From assembly GCA_964629655.1 (NCBI GenBank), contig CAZVQU010000002.1, forward strand, positions 396,878 to 460,877: a DNA stretch of 64,000 nucleotides, written 5' to 3'. Numbering within the stretch: position 1 is the stretch's first letter; every line of letters starts with the position of its first letter. Below are positions 10,101 through 25,100 of the stretch, piece after piece. This stretch comes from an uncultured Planctomycetia bacterium. GTDB taxonomy: Bacteria > Omnitrophota > Gorgyraeia > Duberdicusellales > 4484-171. The notes beneath the pieces are model-generated. The model was not told the origin of the DNA, made no database searches, and saw only the letters and a list, made by a program, of their open reading frames with translations. The position numbers and the translations under genes are program-made.

Positions 10101-13100
10101 CAACCCCTCGGAATCGGTCCCTCTTTGAACCCCATCTATGTATAACGTCCTAGTGGCACCGTCTACTACAGCTACTAAGTGATGCCAATTATCATCATTG
10201 TACCCAGCACCAAGTTTATGTGTCAGCCATGTGTGGCTGCCGCCGGCAGGAGGAGATGTTAAAAATCCTAAATAGCCAAGATCATCGTTATTGCCAGCGT
10301 CAGCATTTATGACTAAGCTCAACAGAGTTTCTGGTGCGGCAGCTCTTTTTAAGCTGAGTACGTACCTACTTACAGCAGATGTATATTTTAACCACATAGA
10401 AACCGTTATAGTCTGTAAATTATCTCCTATAAGATCATTTGTGGAGCCTAAGTCTACATAATCATTCACACCATCAAAAATTAAAGCCGAAGGTGTACCA
10501 CTAATGGTTCCATCGTTCCCCTGACCGGAAGAGTCAGCTGCAGTTAGGCCAGAGGCATCATTAAACAGCCATTCTCCTACCATGCCGCTGGTAGAAAGAG
10601 TACCTTCAGGGTATTTGGTCATAGCATCGTCATAGCTTGAACCACTAGTTGCTGTGGAATTATCATAATACATAAAGACATAGCTGGTTCCGGCAGGAAC
10701 CTCGGGTACCTTAACCCAGATCTCTGTATCAGTGGTATCAATGGTATTCGGAACAAGATAGTAGGAACAGAGATTTGCGGTATCATCCTTAAATCGAATA
10801 TCATCACCGTCAGCTTGCATCTTTCCGGCAGCGATTAAAGCTTCGGTATCCAGGGTAAGCTTAAACTGATAGTTATAAGCCATATTACCGGTATTGGTAA
10901 TAGTAACCTTCTTGCCATAACCATATCCTGGCACAAGACCGGTAGTAGGGATAACTCCATCATATATAGTATGAGTATCACTGGCGAATCCATCCTTAGA
11001 ATACTCTAATAATAAATCATTGCTTACTTTTCCTTCCAATGTCCAGGTAATCTGTTCTTCGTCGCTATAGACCCAGACCTCGTCGCCATTAGGCGCAACA
11101 AGAGTAACCGTAGGCGCAGTAATAGAAAATGGATCTGATACGACCTGCCGTACAGTATTGGTATCTCTATTTGCCGGAACAGCTGACTCCACTATCTTGA
11201 CTTTGGCTTGCGCAGTTTGACTATCAGGGGTTAGCCAGCTATATGTACCGTTATTTGTTACATCCGCCTCTACCAGAGTCCATGTTGAGCCGTTATCCGA
11301 AGAATAAGAAATATCCACTGTGTCATAGAGCCTACCGGTCCTATCCCAGGTAATATCGTAAGTATAACCGATCTTACGCTCATCTCCGGACTCTGGAGAA
11401 GTAATCTCCATAATCGGAATGGCGGCAATTGCAAAGTTGGCATCTGAAATATCATAATATTCGATTCCTGCTTCTATTGCCGAAAGGCTGTAGACTTTTA
11501 TCCTTGCTGTAGTAGAAATATCCGAAGATAACTCGAAGCGATGGTTATATGTTTTTGATGCTGTCTGGCCAGTATCAATAGAGTCCCAATTGTCGCCATC
11601 CCAAGGTTCCTCGTCAACAGTAGTATATTTAACTATAATGTCGTCTGAAACTGACTCATCAGATGCCCAGATAATATTATGACTTGTCCAAAGCTCCCAT
11701 TCATCACCGCCATTAGGCTCACTCAAGGTAAGCGGAGAGGCAACTGTAATGGTATTAGAGGTTACATCGTAAGTGCTATCATCAGCATTAATGGTCAGGG
11801 TTTCTACCGTGTTACTCTTAAGATAGACCGTGGCCTGGCCATCGGCTAGGGTATAAGTAGTGGTTTCAGTAACATAAGTATCATCGGTATAGAAAGTGGC
11901 ATTACCGGTATCAGTTAAAGTAAGCTCGGTGCTTGAGTCAGCAGTAACCACGTGATCCATCTCATCATAGGCAGTAACTGTCTCTGACCAACCGACAGCT
12001 ACTTTCTGGGGAGTGGTAGTGGTAATCGTATAATAAGTTATCGGCCTAGCCAGAATACTAAAGTTATTGTTAGAAGGATCATTAAATATCCGGTCAGCCT
12101 CAACACTATCGGTAAAGCTGAACTTTACTTCATTCAAAGTTGGCGTATAACCTCTATTTCCGGTGCCAAGATAGGCCTTATATTTAAGGTAGCGCTTGCT
12201 ATCTAAAGAAACCGGCATGTCTGTACCTGAGGTAGTAAAATAATCAGTGATTGTACCCTCAGCCCCAATAAAGTTATCCCAGCTTGAACCATCATCGCTG
12301 CCGGCAAGTTGGAATTTAACTTCTTGCCCCGTATACAATAAGAGTATTTCATCAGCAGTCAGGGCACGATCGAAGACAGCAACTTCGTCGATGATACCGT
12401 CGAAATATTCATCTACATCTTGTGTTCCTCGCATTGTGCTTTGATAAAAACCTGCGCCCTTGTCACCATCATGTCCAATTACATTACCTGCACCACCAGT
12501 ATTCCAAGTATATGCCCCTGGATTTGTAGCCACTTCAACACCGTTAATATAAAGTGTCATATCCGACGATGATTTTGAACCGGTTAAATGTACCCATTCT
12601 CCTGGTGTAAGTGCTGATGGCGAAGTAACAGACTCAGAGGTACTTCCTTCTCTTGTTACAAACATGACAGTTCCGTCATTCTTTATGCCTAATACTGCAC
12701 CATTCGAGGCACCTCCAAGTTGATAAATTGCCTGCCAGCTATCCACACTGTCTGGCTTAACCCATGCGGTAATTGAAATGGTTTCTTGGTCGGTAGATTG
12801 AGTAAAGAATCCAGAAGAATACCCGATGTCAACATAATCATCGGTGCCATCAAAGCTCAAGGCCCCACTACCTACTCTGTAATCTGAAGTTTCCCATGTT
12901 GCTCCGGTTATTCCACCATCGTCAGTTCCTTTGCTATCCCCGGCTACCGCTCCACCACCTTCGTCAAGATGCCACAACGATACTAAACCACTCATATCTG
13001 TAGAAATTAGGCCTCCTGCTCCTTCTGACTCGGCCGGAATAGTGGCATTCCAATCTAATGTTCCATATTCTTCGGTACCGAGGGTATCAATTGCCCGGGA

Positions 13101-16100
13101 GGTAAAGGTACCTGAAGAAGAATAAACATCTGATTCTACTCCACTACCACTATTGTAAAGTGTTTGGATTTCTGCCAAAGACAAGGCACGGTTATATATA
13201 AGAACCTCATCGATAGAGCCGGTAAAGTATTCCACGAGAGCGTCATCAGACTGCCTCTTTCCAACTCCCATTGTAACCGCCCGAGTGGTATCACTAGTAT
13301 CAGCACTGTATGCAGATATGTCTGTCGCTGAAGCTACAGCTACTGCATCGAGATAGCCCTGTAATTCATCAGATGCCCGATCTACCACTAAGGCATACTG
13401 ATGCCACCCAGTATCGTAATTATCCCCGAGCTTTTTATTCATAACTTCGGTTCCGCCTAGACCTACAATATACCAAATCTCTCCGCTTGACCTTGGCGAA
13501 ATTCCCCAACCATAAGCACCGCTCCCTACGCAATCTCCTTTATTCACAATTCTTCCTGTTGTTTGTGCACTGCTTTTTGCCCATGCCACAACTGTAAAAC
13601 TGCCAGTACCAAAATCCAAACTCGCACCATTTCCAGAATCCACATAATCATTCCCATCAAAACTTAAAGCCGCAGCACCAAGCTTTTCACTAGCTGTATT
13701 CCAGGTGGCTCCAGTGATTGTCCCGTTATTACTCCCAGAGCTATCGGCCGCTGCTGTGCCAGTGCCCTCATTAAAATGCCAAGCACTAACTAAACCTATA
13801 GACACTCCACCAGCATCACCCAACGTCACCCCAGCATCATTACCTGTCCCAGAAACCTCCGTATCAGAATGGGTACCAAGGCCAAACTGGTCAGCACTGG
13901 TATCAATTAATTCCTGATAAAAAGTATCCTGAACCTTTACCTTGGCTGTAGCTGAAGGATCATAGGGCACTGTCCAGGTATAAGAAGTATTTATATCTTC
14001 ACTACCTAAAACACTGGTTACCTCGGCCGGATCAGGAGGTGTAATCACAGAGCTGTCTGAACTCACCGAATCATTTCCGTAATGCATATAGATAGTAGTG
14101 TCTCCAGTTGGTATCGTGGCCAGCTCAACCCAGACGCTGGTAGAATCGGTATCAATCCCGGACTGGAGCCAGTAAGAAAGCTCTTCGCTTGAGACATTAG
14201 TAAAACGAATATCATCGCCGTCAGCCTGCATCTTACCGGCAGCGATTAAAGCTTCGGTATCAAGAGTAATCTGCACTCCGTAGTCATTAAACACCTGACC
14301 GGCTGCATTAGTCAAGGTAGCCGGACGACGATAACTAAATGTGCCATCGGTAAGCGCATAATCTACACCGTAGTGGTCAATAGCAGTAGCTATAGTATTA
14401 GGATAAGTTGCGCCGCTGTCGGTTGAATAATACAAAGCCAAAAGATTAGAAATAGGCCCGCTATAATCCCAGGTAATACTATATTCTTGTTCAGTATCCA
14501 ACTCAATGGCTGCATCAGAAGGAGTAAGCAGGGTTAAGGTCGGAAGAACCATACTGAATACAGCATCGGAAACATCAAAGATTCCGGTGTCATAACTGTC
14601 TTCTACTCTTACCTTGGCTTCATCAATAATATGTCTGGGCACTGTCCAATCAGCATAAGGACTAGAATTAGCTATTGAATCAGCAATAAGTATTTTCTGC
14701 CAGCTGCCGTCACCGGTTGCTGAACCGACAACTAATGTCGGCTCAGGATCAGCCCGGCCAGATGCAATATCAAGAGTGGCAGTTTCTCGATGGGCATCAA
14801 CACTGCCATAATATAGGTAAATGGTAGTCTCAGCAGCTGAACCCGGCAGACTATCGGCCTCAAACCAGATATCAGTAGTAGCGGTGTTAATACCCGAAGC
14901 AATCCAGTAATTAAGTTTTGCGCTAGCGGCATTAGTAAACCGAATATCAGCTCCGTCTTCCTGCATCTTGCCGGCGTTGATTAAAGTCAAGGTATCAAAA
15001 TCATCTACCATAACTGTATAGTCAGTTAAAGTGCTACCGTTGTTAGTAACAGTAATAGGCACACGATATTGCAAAGAATCCGAGCCTACAGTATAAGGAT
15101 CTTCTGAACCGTCATCTATATCAAGATAATGCAGGTTGACATTGGGAATAACGCCGGTAGTGGTAAAGGTAATGTCGTGGTCGCTACTAACAGTCCACTC
15201 TTCTGTTCCATCAGGCGAAGTCATAGTTAAAATAGAAGGAAGAATAGTAAAGTTAGCATTAGATTCATCATAAGTACCGGAGTCGTTAACGTCTTCTATC
15301 CTGACCTTAACCGTAGTAGAGTCAAGATAGGGTATTGTCCAGCTGTAACTATCATCGTTGGCAGTTGAAGCAATAGCAACATTTTCAAAGGTGCTGCCAT
15401 CAATAGCATATAATAGTTTTACATTAACCACCGGGCCCACATGAGTCCAGGTAATATCATGGGCTGAGCGGGTTCTCCAGCTCTCTGTGCCATTGGGGCT
15501 GACTAAAGTAAGTGTGGCTCCCACAGTAAATGAGCGCACAACTGAGGCTTTACTCCACTCAGCTGAACCGGCAGGGTCAATAGCGTAAGCTTTCCAATAA
15601 TAGGTATCATCCCTGGTTAAATTACTCTGAAGAGTATAAAAAGCATGTGTACCTGAAGAAGAGGTAGTAGCATAAGCTGTATTTGAAGCTGCATCCTGTC
15701 CTGACCATCCAGTCTGAGATGAAGTCTGGTCAAAAGTCTGCAAGCCAGTGGTAAAATCAACATCTTCGGCAAGCAATATTTTAAATTGAGCCGGAGCATC
15801 AATTCCGTGGGTAGTATAGAGCTCAAATATCGGCCTGACCGGCTCATAAGCATAAGTATCAGCAGGTAAAACAAGAGTAGGCGGTGTACAAATATAATCA
15901 ATAGATACGGTACCGTCATTACTACCGGTTGCACCGCTGCCATCATAAGCGGTCATTGTCCCAGCAAATGTTGCCGGTGAACCATCTTCAGCAGTAAGCC
16001 TAATCCTGCCGCCGCCGCCCAAGCCGCCTTCACCAGCAGCAGCACCACCCTCGGCAGTAATAATACCAGCACCATCCAAAGAACCAACAGCAGCATAAAT

Positions 16101-19100
16101 ACTACCACCAGAACCGCCGCCGCCGTCATTGGCAGCATCATCGCCATCACTTGATAAAAAACCATCTACAGTTAAAGTATTCAATATTGCTAATACCATA
16201 GCGCCGCCGCCGGCACCACCATCGTCTGAACCGCCACCGGAACCTAAGTCAACCGGAGCAGTATTTGAGCCGTAAGTAGTACCACCTGTGCCGCCATCGG
16301 TAGAGTCCTCACCAGCACCACCATAGCCGCCGCCAGCACCATAGGTCGATGAACCAGTACCGCCGGCGCCGGTACCAAGATCGTGGATACTTCCCTGGCC
16401 ATTAGCGCTAAGAGAAGCTCCGACACCATCTACACCATAGATATTAATATTATCAGCAACAATCGTACCTGAACCTGTAGTTGTTGTGGTAGTTACAAAT
16501 AAACTATCATTCATCGAATAATAAGAAGCTTTTAACCATGCCGCAGAGCGAGGAGTGCTGGAGATACGGACCTCATCGATTGCCCCCAGAAAAGGATTTT
16601 GGTCATTATTCGCTTGATTCCAATACCCGCCAATAGTTACAAGTGCGTCTGTTTGTCTGAGAGTGCCTCCGGTAGCCCTTGAGCCTACCTGACGGCCTCC
16701 GATATAACTAACAAGGGTATCGGTAGCCCCGTTATATACAGCACTCACATAGTGCCATTGATAAGTCACACTACTACGGGCAAGGCCATAGTTCTCTAAC
16801 AGATAGGCAGTACCAGTGGTATTTCTAACATCATTCCGTAACCGACCATCAGTCCTTATATCCATGAAATAAGACCAGTTAGTGTTAGCATTTGGGGCAC
16901 CTTTGGCAACTATTAATCTGTAATCGCTACTATAATTACGAACATAAATCCAGGCTTCCAAAGTGTATTGGTCTCCGACTAAATCCAGACTAGCACTATC
17001 AGGAATGACTATAGCATCACCTGATCCGTCAAAGTCTAAACAATCGCCAATTTTACCGGATATCAAGCCTTTACCGCTGGAAGTCATTAAACCCCTGGCA
17101 GTACCATCATTGTCATTATCGGTAGAATCAATTATTTGTGAGCTGGTTGGGTCTTGATTCATATGCTGAACCATCACATAATTTGCATCATCCCATACAC
17201 CAGTAATATTCTGCTGGTCGCCAGCTGCCGCATTCTCGTAATACATATAAAAGACAGTATCGACACTACTACTTATCGAAGGAATCTCTACGTGGGCAAT
17301 CAACAGCTCATTTCCGGCAGTATCGATATATTTTTCTATCTCATGGTCTAGCTTGGTCTCACCGTCTGATGCCGTAAATAAGATATCATAACCGGTTGAA
17401 AGGGCGGCACCAAAGACGCTAGAGTTAGAAGAATCAAGCCTAACTAAGACCGGAAAGTCAGCTAAAGTCTCATCAATTAAATCACTATTAATAATGAATT
17501 TCTGCGAAGATAGCCAATCGACGTCATACCAGGCCGGAGGGACAGCATCGGCTAAGTCCAGAGATGCACTTCCCTTGATTAAAATCTGAGCAATATCATA
17601 ATTTGCATTCTCTGTGCCGATATTGACATCACCCTCAACACTTAAGGTATAACCACCTGGTATGCCTAATCTAGCATCATTAGCTACATTAACTACATCA
17701 AAGTTAATAGTCGAAGAGGAACTGTCAAAATTATCCTCGGGTAGATGAGTAGTAACATTGACATTAGTAAGCAAATCATTGTTCTTGATTCGCAGCTCAC
17801 CATAAAGATTGCTATCATCAGTATCATCTAAAAAGATAGTGCCGGCTGCACCATATTCGGCACCATATCCCCATCCACCAAGGCTATTAATACCTCCTGT
17901 GGAAGTATTCTCAGCATAATAAATAGCAATCCTTCCACCGGAACCGCCGCCGCCGTCATTGGTTTGATCATTTCCGCCATTTCCGCCATTAGTTGAAATA
18001 GTACCTGATCCGGTTATGGTGTCAGCTATAAGATAAATACTTCCGCCCGAGCCTCCACCAGCACCATACTGGGAACTTGTGCCTCCGTCAGTTTCTCCAG
18101 CTGATGCATTAGCCGTAATGTTGCCACCAACACTTAAGGTACCACCAGCAGTTAGTTTTACTACTCCACCACCTGTGCCTCCGTATCGGTCATTATAATA
18201 AGTACCTCCGCCTCCTGAACCTAGATCAACCGGCTCAGTAATCGAACCATAGACGTTACCTGCAAGACTATTGTAGGAATCGCCTCCCTTACCGCCATGG
18301 CTTGCTCCGCCACCACAGACAGCCCGGGTACCATCATTACCAGCTCCACCACCGGGGCCGTTACCAGTTCCGGGAACTCCCAAGCCGCCGCGATACCCCC
18401 TGTTATCGACATTAATATATCCACCGACGGGTATGGTAATACCTCCGGTTGTTTTCAAAATCAAAGAGTAGACATGCTCAGCATACTGTGAGTAATGACT
18501 TAAGGTTGCTCCGGCGCTAATGCTGACAGAAGAAAAGGTCGGATCAGTAGTAACATCTTTGTGAATATTCCAGTAACATGTGCTTGATGTAATAGCAAGC
18601 GCGGCTGATGATGTAGCCAAGGTAGCAGCTTTTTCCTGGATATATCTACCTCCAGCATCTAAGGTAAAAGTAGTATCCACTGTTAAAGATCCGGCATTAT
18701 TATCTAATACCCCGTTATTATCAATAGTAAGGTTAGTTGAAGTTAGAGTATCTCCTGCGGAAAGCCTAAGCTTGGCCTTTTTATCAATAGTAATATCATC
18801 AAAGGTATAAGTTCCATCTACTAAATGAGTATCTACATCGGAATTCCAATCGTTATTGCCAATGATTAACTCCCCATTGGTCTGAGCCGGCGTCTTCTTG
18901 TAGACTGTGCCGGCAGCTCCATAATATGTTTTATATCCCCGTCCGCCATAAGAATTAAAGGCTATGCTAGAATTATCAGTAGTATAGTAGATAGCAACTC
19001 TTCCGCCGGAACCGCCGCCACCCCACTGGGTGTCAACTGCACCATCGCCACCATTAGCTGAGATATTACCTGTTCCCTCTAAGGTAGGAGCGATAATATA

Positions 19101-22100
19101 AACACTTCCGCCGGAACCGGCGCCTGAAGAAAACCAAGTAGGATTTCCTCCATTAGCAACTCCGTTTCCTCCAGTGGCTGTAATGTCACCATTAACCGTT
19201 AATGTCCCGCCGACAGTTAGTTTTAGTGCTCCACCGCCTGCACCGCCGGCTCGGCTAGTACTATAAGTACCTCCGCCGGATGAACCTAAATCAACCGGGA
19301 CAGTAATTGAACCATAAACAACATTTCCTACTCCGTAGCTACCGCTACCCATTGCGCCATAGCCGCCATAGCTTGCTCCGGAAGCAGATGCATACTGATT
19401 GCTATCCGTGCCTCTTCCACCACCTGACCCATTGCCGTCTCCGGCAGCAACTCCTGAATAGCCATCCCCATTGACAGCAATAGTTCCTGCTGCGTCCACA
19501 GTTACATCTCCGGTAGCCTCTAAAATTAAAGAATAGGTATGGGTATCAGTATTAGCAGAATGTTTTAGGGTTGCTGCTGATGGAATAGTAATCGCTGAAA
19601 AAACTGGTTCAGAAGAAATATCCTCAGGAACATCAAAATATCCTATACCCGATGAAACAGTAAGTGTCGCTGCTGACACATCCAAAGTAGAGCTGGCACC
19701 ATGGATATATCTACCATCATCAGCTAAGGTGAAAGTATTACCGACAGTTATCGAACCGCCACTATGGTCTAAGACAGCATCTTCTTTTACGGTCAGATTA
19801 TCAAAAACAATAGTTCCGGTTGCATAAGGGGTATACAGTCCGACATTGTTATTGTTGTCCATAGTTAAATCGCCATTAGTCTGGCCGTCATCTTTTTCAT
19901 AGATTGTGCCGGCTCCGGCTCTTTCTCCGGTAGTATAGCCTGAACCGCCAGCAGCACTGAGAGTCCCAGCAAAGGTATTCTCGGTAGAATAAATAGCAAT
20001 TCTTCCGCCTCCTCCGCCACCGCCATCCCAGGTGTCATCGGCAGCATTACCACCATTAGCAGAGATAGTGCCTGATCCGGTTATAGTGTCTGCATCTATC
20101 CAGATACTTCCGCCTGAACCGCCGCCTCCGGTATAAAGACTAGCGTTGCCTCCGTCTCTGATTCCAGCTCCTCCGTTAGCAGTTATAGAACCGGCAACTG
20201 TTAAGGTGCCGGTAACAGTCAACTTAACGGCCCCGCCGCCGTCTCCTCCGTATCGATCATTAAGAACAGTACCGCCGCCTCCTGAACCTAAATCTTCAGG
20301 TTCTTTAATAGAGCCATATATACTTCCTCCTGACAACTCATTAGCCTCAGCATTATAACCATCGCCACCGGGGCCGCCATAGCCACCGCCGGAACCACTT
20401 ACGATGGTAAGGCCACCGTTACCACCACCGCCACCTGCGCCGCCATCGCCTCCTTCACCGGTCCCGGGATTGCCAATACCACCAGCAAAACCTTGGGCGT
20501 TAACGTTAATTGCACCGGTGATCAAAGCATCACCGCTTACAGTAATGTCGAGCCAATAAACCTTGGTATCATCATTAGGTGCATGCCCTAAGGAACCACC
20601 GGCTTCAATCTCAAGATAGTCAGTAGTTAAGGCTCCGTTGTAGTTACTGGCATTTTTTACAACAAATTTATCAAAGTCAGCGACTATAGCATCCATTGCT
20701 GCAGCTTGAGTATAAGTGCTATCTGTTCCTCCTGAATCAAGGATTAATTCTCCAACAGTCTGACCATCAGTATCCTTTTTAAAAATCGTACCTACGCCAC
20801 CCCTTTGACCAGTAAGATATCCTGTTCCGCCACCAGCGCTCAAGGCCCCTGTGTGGGTATCAGCAGTAGTATAATAAATAGCAATTCTTCCGCCTCCTCC
20901 GCCACCGCCATCCCAGGTGTCATCCTGAACTCTACCGCCGTTAGCAGTGATGTCACCTGCTCCGGTTATGGTGTCAGCTGTAAGATAAATACTTCCACCG
21001 GAACCGCCGCCACCGGCATACCAGCTACTTGTTCCTCCATTGTAATACCCATTTCCTCCATTGGCAGTAATGTTACCGGTAACAGTTAAGGTATCGGTTA
21101 CGGTTAGCTTTACTGCCCCGCCGCCGGAACCTCCATATCCAGTACCGGAAGGAGTTGCCCCGCCGCCTGAGCCTAAATCAATAGGTGCGGTATAAGAACC
21201 GTATGTAGAAAGTGACGCGATCGCATTACCATAGCCCCGGCCACCATAACCGCCATAATTTCCTCCACAAGCAGATACGTTAACATTGCCATTAGAACCT
21301 CTTCCACCACCATCACCGACGCCGTGGCCAGGAGTACCTACGGGAGCACCAGAAAAGCCCTGTTCATTAACATCAATATCACCGGTAATTACAGCATCGT
21401 CGGTAACAACAATCTCAAGCGAATAAGCCTTGGCTACCTGGCTAACCTGATGCATCTGATGACCAAAGATAGCACCGGCCTGGACATCCAAATCGGCAGT
21501 GGTCAAAAGTCCATTATAGTTGGTAGCCTGTCGCACAATTACATTATCAAAGGATCCAGCCACAGTACCGGTAGCAGCAGCTAATTGATAAGTACTATCT
21601 ACTCCTCCGCCTTGCAGAATTAACTCGCCATCAGTATGGGATGGGCCTTTTTTATAGATTGTACCTGTGCCTCCTCGCTGAGCATTATCAGTTCCTGCTC
21701 CACCATAAGCAGTGGGCTCTATTGAAGAATTATCAGCAGTAGCATAATGAATAGCAATTCTTCCGCCGCCGCCGCCGCCGCCGTCATCTTCGTAATTACG
21801 TCCATCACCACCATTAGCAGTAATAACGCCATCTCCGGCTAATGTGTCGGTTTCAATCCAAATACTTCCACCGGCTCCGCCGCCTGTACCTTCAGCGTAA
21901 CCGCCTCCATTTCTGCCATTGGCGCTAATCGCACCAGTAACAGTTAATGTGTCAGTTACGATAAGTTTTAATTCTCCGCCGCCTGAACCTGTAGAGAGTT
22001 GACCAGAGTTCCATCTATATTCACTGCACCCGCCACCTGAACCTAAATTAGCCGGCTGGATAGCAGAACCGTAAGTACTGCCTCCTGCTACTGAGCTGCT

Positions 22101-25100
22101 CTCGTTACCCCTGCCACCGATGCCGCCATAGCCACCGCCTGAGCCACCTTTGGTTTGAGTGCTATCCCACTCACCAGAGCCGCCGCCGGGTCCAATACCA
22201 GTACCGGGATTTCCAGTACCATGACTGAAACCCTGATAACTAACATTAAGTTCACCGGTAATTACAGCATCATCAGTAACAGTAATCTCCAGTCTGTAGG
22301 TTTCGGTATCCTCACTTAGCTGATGCATTTGATGGCCAAGGACTGCGTCTGCCTGAATATCTAAATCCACAGTATTCAGAGTTCCGTTGTAGTTGGCAGA
22401 ATTTTTCACAATCACATTATCAAAAGCCTGATCAGTATTTTGCACTCCGCCAGCCTGATTATATACAATGCTGCCTGTTCCTTCACCATATAAAGTCAAA
22501 TCTCCGTTAGTCTGGCCATCAGTATCTTTTTCAAAAATTGTACCTACGCTTCCCGTTTGGGCAGTGTTTCCTCCAGAACCGCCATAAGCAGTGGGAACTA
22601 TTGAAGAATTATCAGTAGCATAATAAATAGCAATTCTTCCGCCAGAACCGCCGCCGCCATCCTGATTAGTATCAAACCCATCACCACCATTAGCAGAAAT
22701 GACACCATCTCCGTCTAATATATCGGTTATAATCCAAATACTCCCGCCGGAACCGCCGCCAGTACCTTCATCATTACCGCCTCCGTCTCCACCGTTAGAA
22801 GTAATTGAACCAGCAACAGTTAGGGTGTCAGTAACGTCCAGTTTTACTACTCCACCACCGGATCCAGGAGTATAATTCTGTCTATAAATATCTCCTCCGC
22901 CGGAACCTAAAGTAATAGGCTCGGTAACAGACCCATAAGGACTGCCTCCTAATTCTGTAGAGTTAAAATAACCCCGTCCGCCATAACCAGCATGGCCGGC
23001 GCCATTACCGCCTCTGTCATAACCTTGGGAATAAGCACCTGCTCCAGCGCCGGTACCAACACCATCTCCAGGGTCGCCAGCGCCGGCAGCAAAACCCCTA
23101 TCATTAACATTAATCTCGCCAGTAATCACTGCATCGTCATCAACCTCAACAGTAAGCCAATAGGTCTTATCAACCTCACTAGGCTGATGGAGCTGATGGC
23201 CAAAGACAGCGCCGGATTCAACATCTAAATCCACAGTAGTCAGAAGCCCGTTGTAGCTAACAGTATTTCTGACATTTACATTATCAAAGAGTTGGACAAT
23301 AGCAGTTACGCCAGGAGCCAGACTGTACGCGGCACCGTTGGCTCCACCATCTAAGATTAAATCTCCGTTAGTCTGAACACCGTCATTCTTATAGATTGTA
23401 CCTACGCCGCCTCTTTGGGCATTGGTCCCTCCAGCACCACCATAGGCAGTAAGATCTCCGTCAAAAGTATCAGTAGTATAGTAAATAGCGATTCTTCCAC
23501 CAGAACCGCCGCCGCCGTCATCCTCCCAGTCGCCCCCATCACCGCCATTAGCAGTGATGCTACCTGATCCTTCTATGGTACCAGCCACTATCCAGAGACT
23601 TCCACCTGAACCGCCGCCGCCACATTCATAGTAAGCCACTCCATTGTCTCCGTCAGCGTTAATCGAACCAGCAACAGTTAAAGTGTCAGTTACGGTGAGT
23701 TTTAATTCTCCGCCGCCTGCACCGCCATTGCCAGGGGTAGCGCTTCCTCTGTAAGTAGAGCCTCCGCCGCCTGAACCTAAATTATTTGGCGTAATAACAG
23801 AACCGTAGCCACTGCCTCCTATGCTATTCTGATCGCCTTGACCGCCAATACCACCATAACCGCCGCCAGAGCCGCCTCTGCAATAACAAGCATCATAGCC
23901 CCCATCGCCAGCACCAGTGCCTATACCGTCTCCGGGATTACCATTGCCGCCAGAAAAACCCTGGCCATAGACACCAATATCGCCAGTAATTACGGCATCA
24001 TCTGTAACGGTAATATTAAGAAAATAGGTCTCCTCAATTTCAGAGCGTTGATGAACCTGATGGCCAAGGGATCCGCTGGCCTGAACATCTAAATCCACAG
24101 TAGTCAGGGCTCCATTGTAATTAATATAATTTTTGACAATCACATTATCAAAAGTCTCACTCAACTCACCCACACCAGAAGCCCGTTTGTAAGCAATGCC
24201 TGTTCCTCCACCATCTAAGATTAAATCTCCATTAGCCTGGACACCATTGTCTTTGTAGATAGTGCCTGCACTTCCTCTTTGTGAAAGGCTTCGGCCGGAA
24301 CCGCCATAAGCACCTACCGTCCCTTCAAAACTATCAGTAGTATAATAGATGGCAATCCTTCCACCGCTTCCTCCAGCGCCATCACGATTATCATCACCTC
24401 CGGAGCCACCATCAGCCTTAATATTTCCGGTTCCAATTAATACCCCCGCATCTATCCAAAGACTTCCGCCGGAGCCGCCGCCGCCGGACATATAGCTACT
24501 GTGGCCTCCGTTGATTGAGCCATTTCCTCCACCAGCAGTAATATCACCGGTAACAGTTAAAGTACCACCAACGATAAGTTTTACTACTCCACCACCGTCT
24601 CCTCCCCAGATATTAGGAGAGCGGACTCCGCCACCACCAGAGCCTAAATCAACAGGCTCAGTCACCGAACCGTAGCTTGTGCCTCCTGCGGTTACGTTAG
24701 CAGCATAGTAACCGTTAGATATACCGCCACCGCCGCCATAACCTGCTCCACCTCCACCTTCATCGTAGTCGCCATTGCTACCGTAACCTGCTCCAGTACC
24801 AAATCCTTCACCTGTCTGATTAGCCAACGATCCATTAGTGTCGCCATAACCTCCGCGAAAACCACGACTACTAACATCGATATATGCCCCGTTGTTTATG
24901 ATCAAATCATTGGTTGTTTCCAGGATTAAAGAGTAGGTATGGCTATCGCTAGTGGTATGGTCATAATGAGTTAAGGTTGCCCCCTGTGCTATGCCTCCGG
25001 ACGAAAAAAGAGGTTCGGTTCCAACATCTTTTGAAATGTCCCAGTAGGTTATACCTGAGGTAGCATTAAGGGTAGCTGACGAGCCATCAAAGGTAGCATC

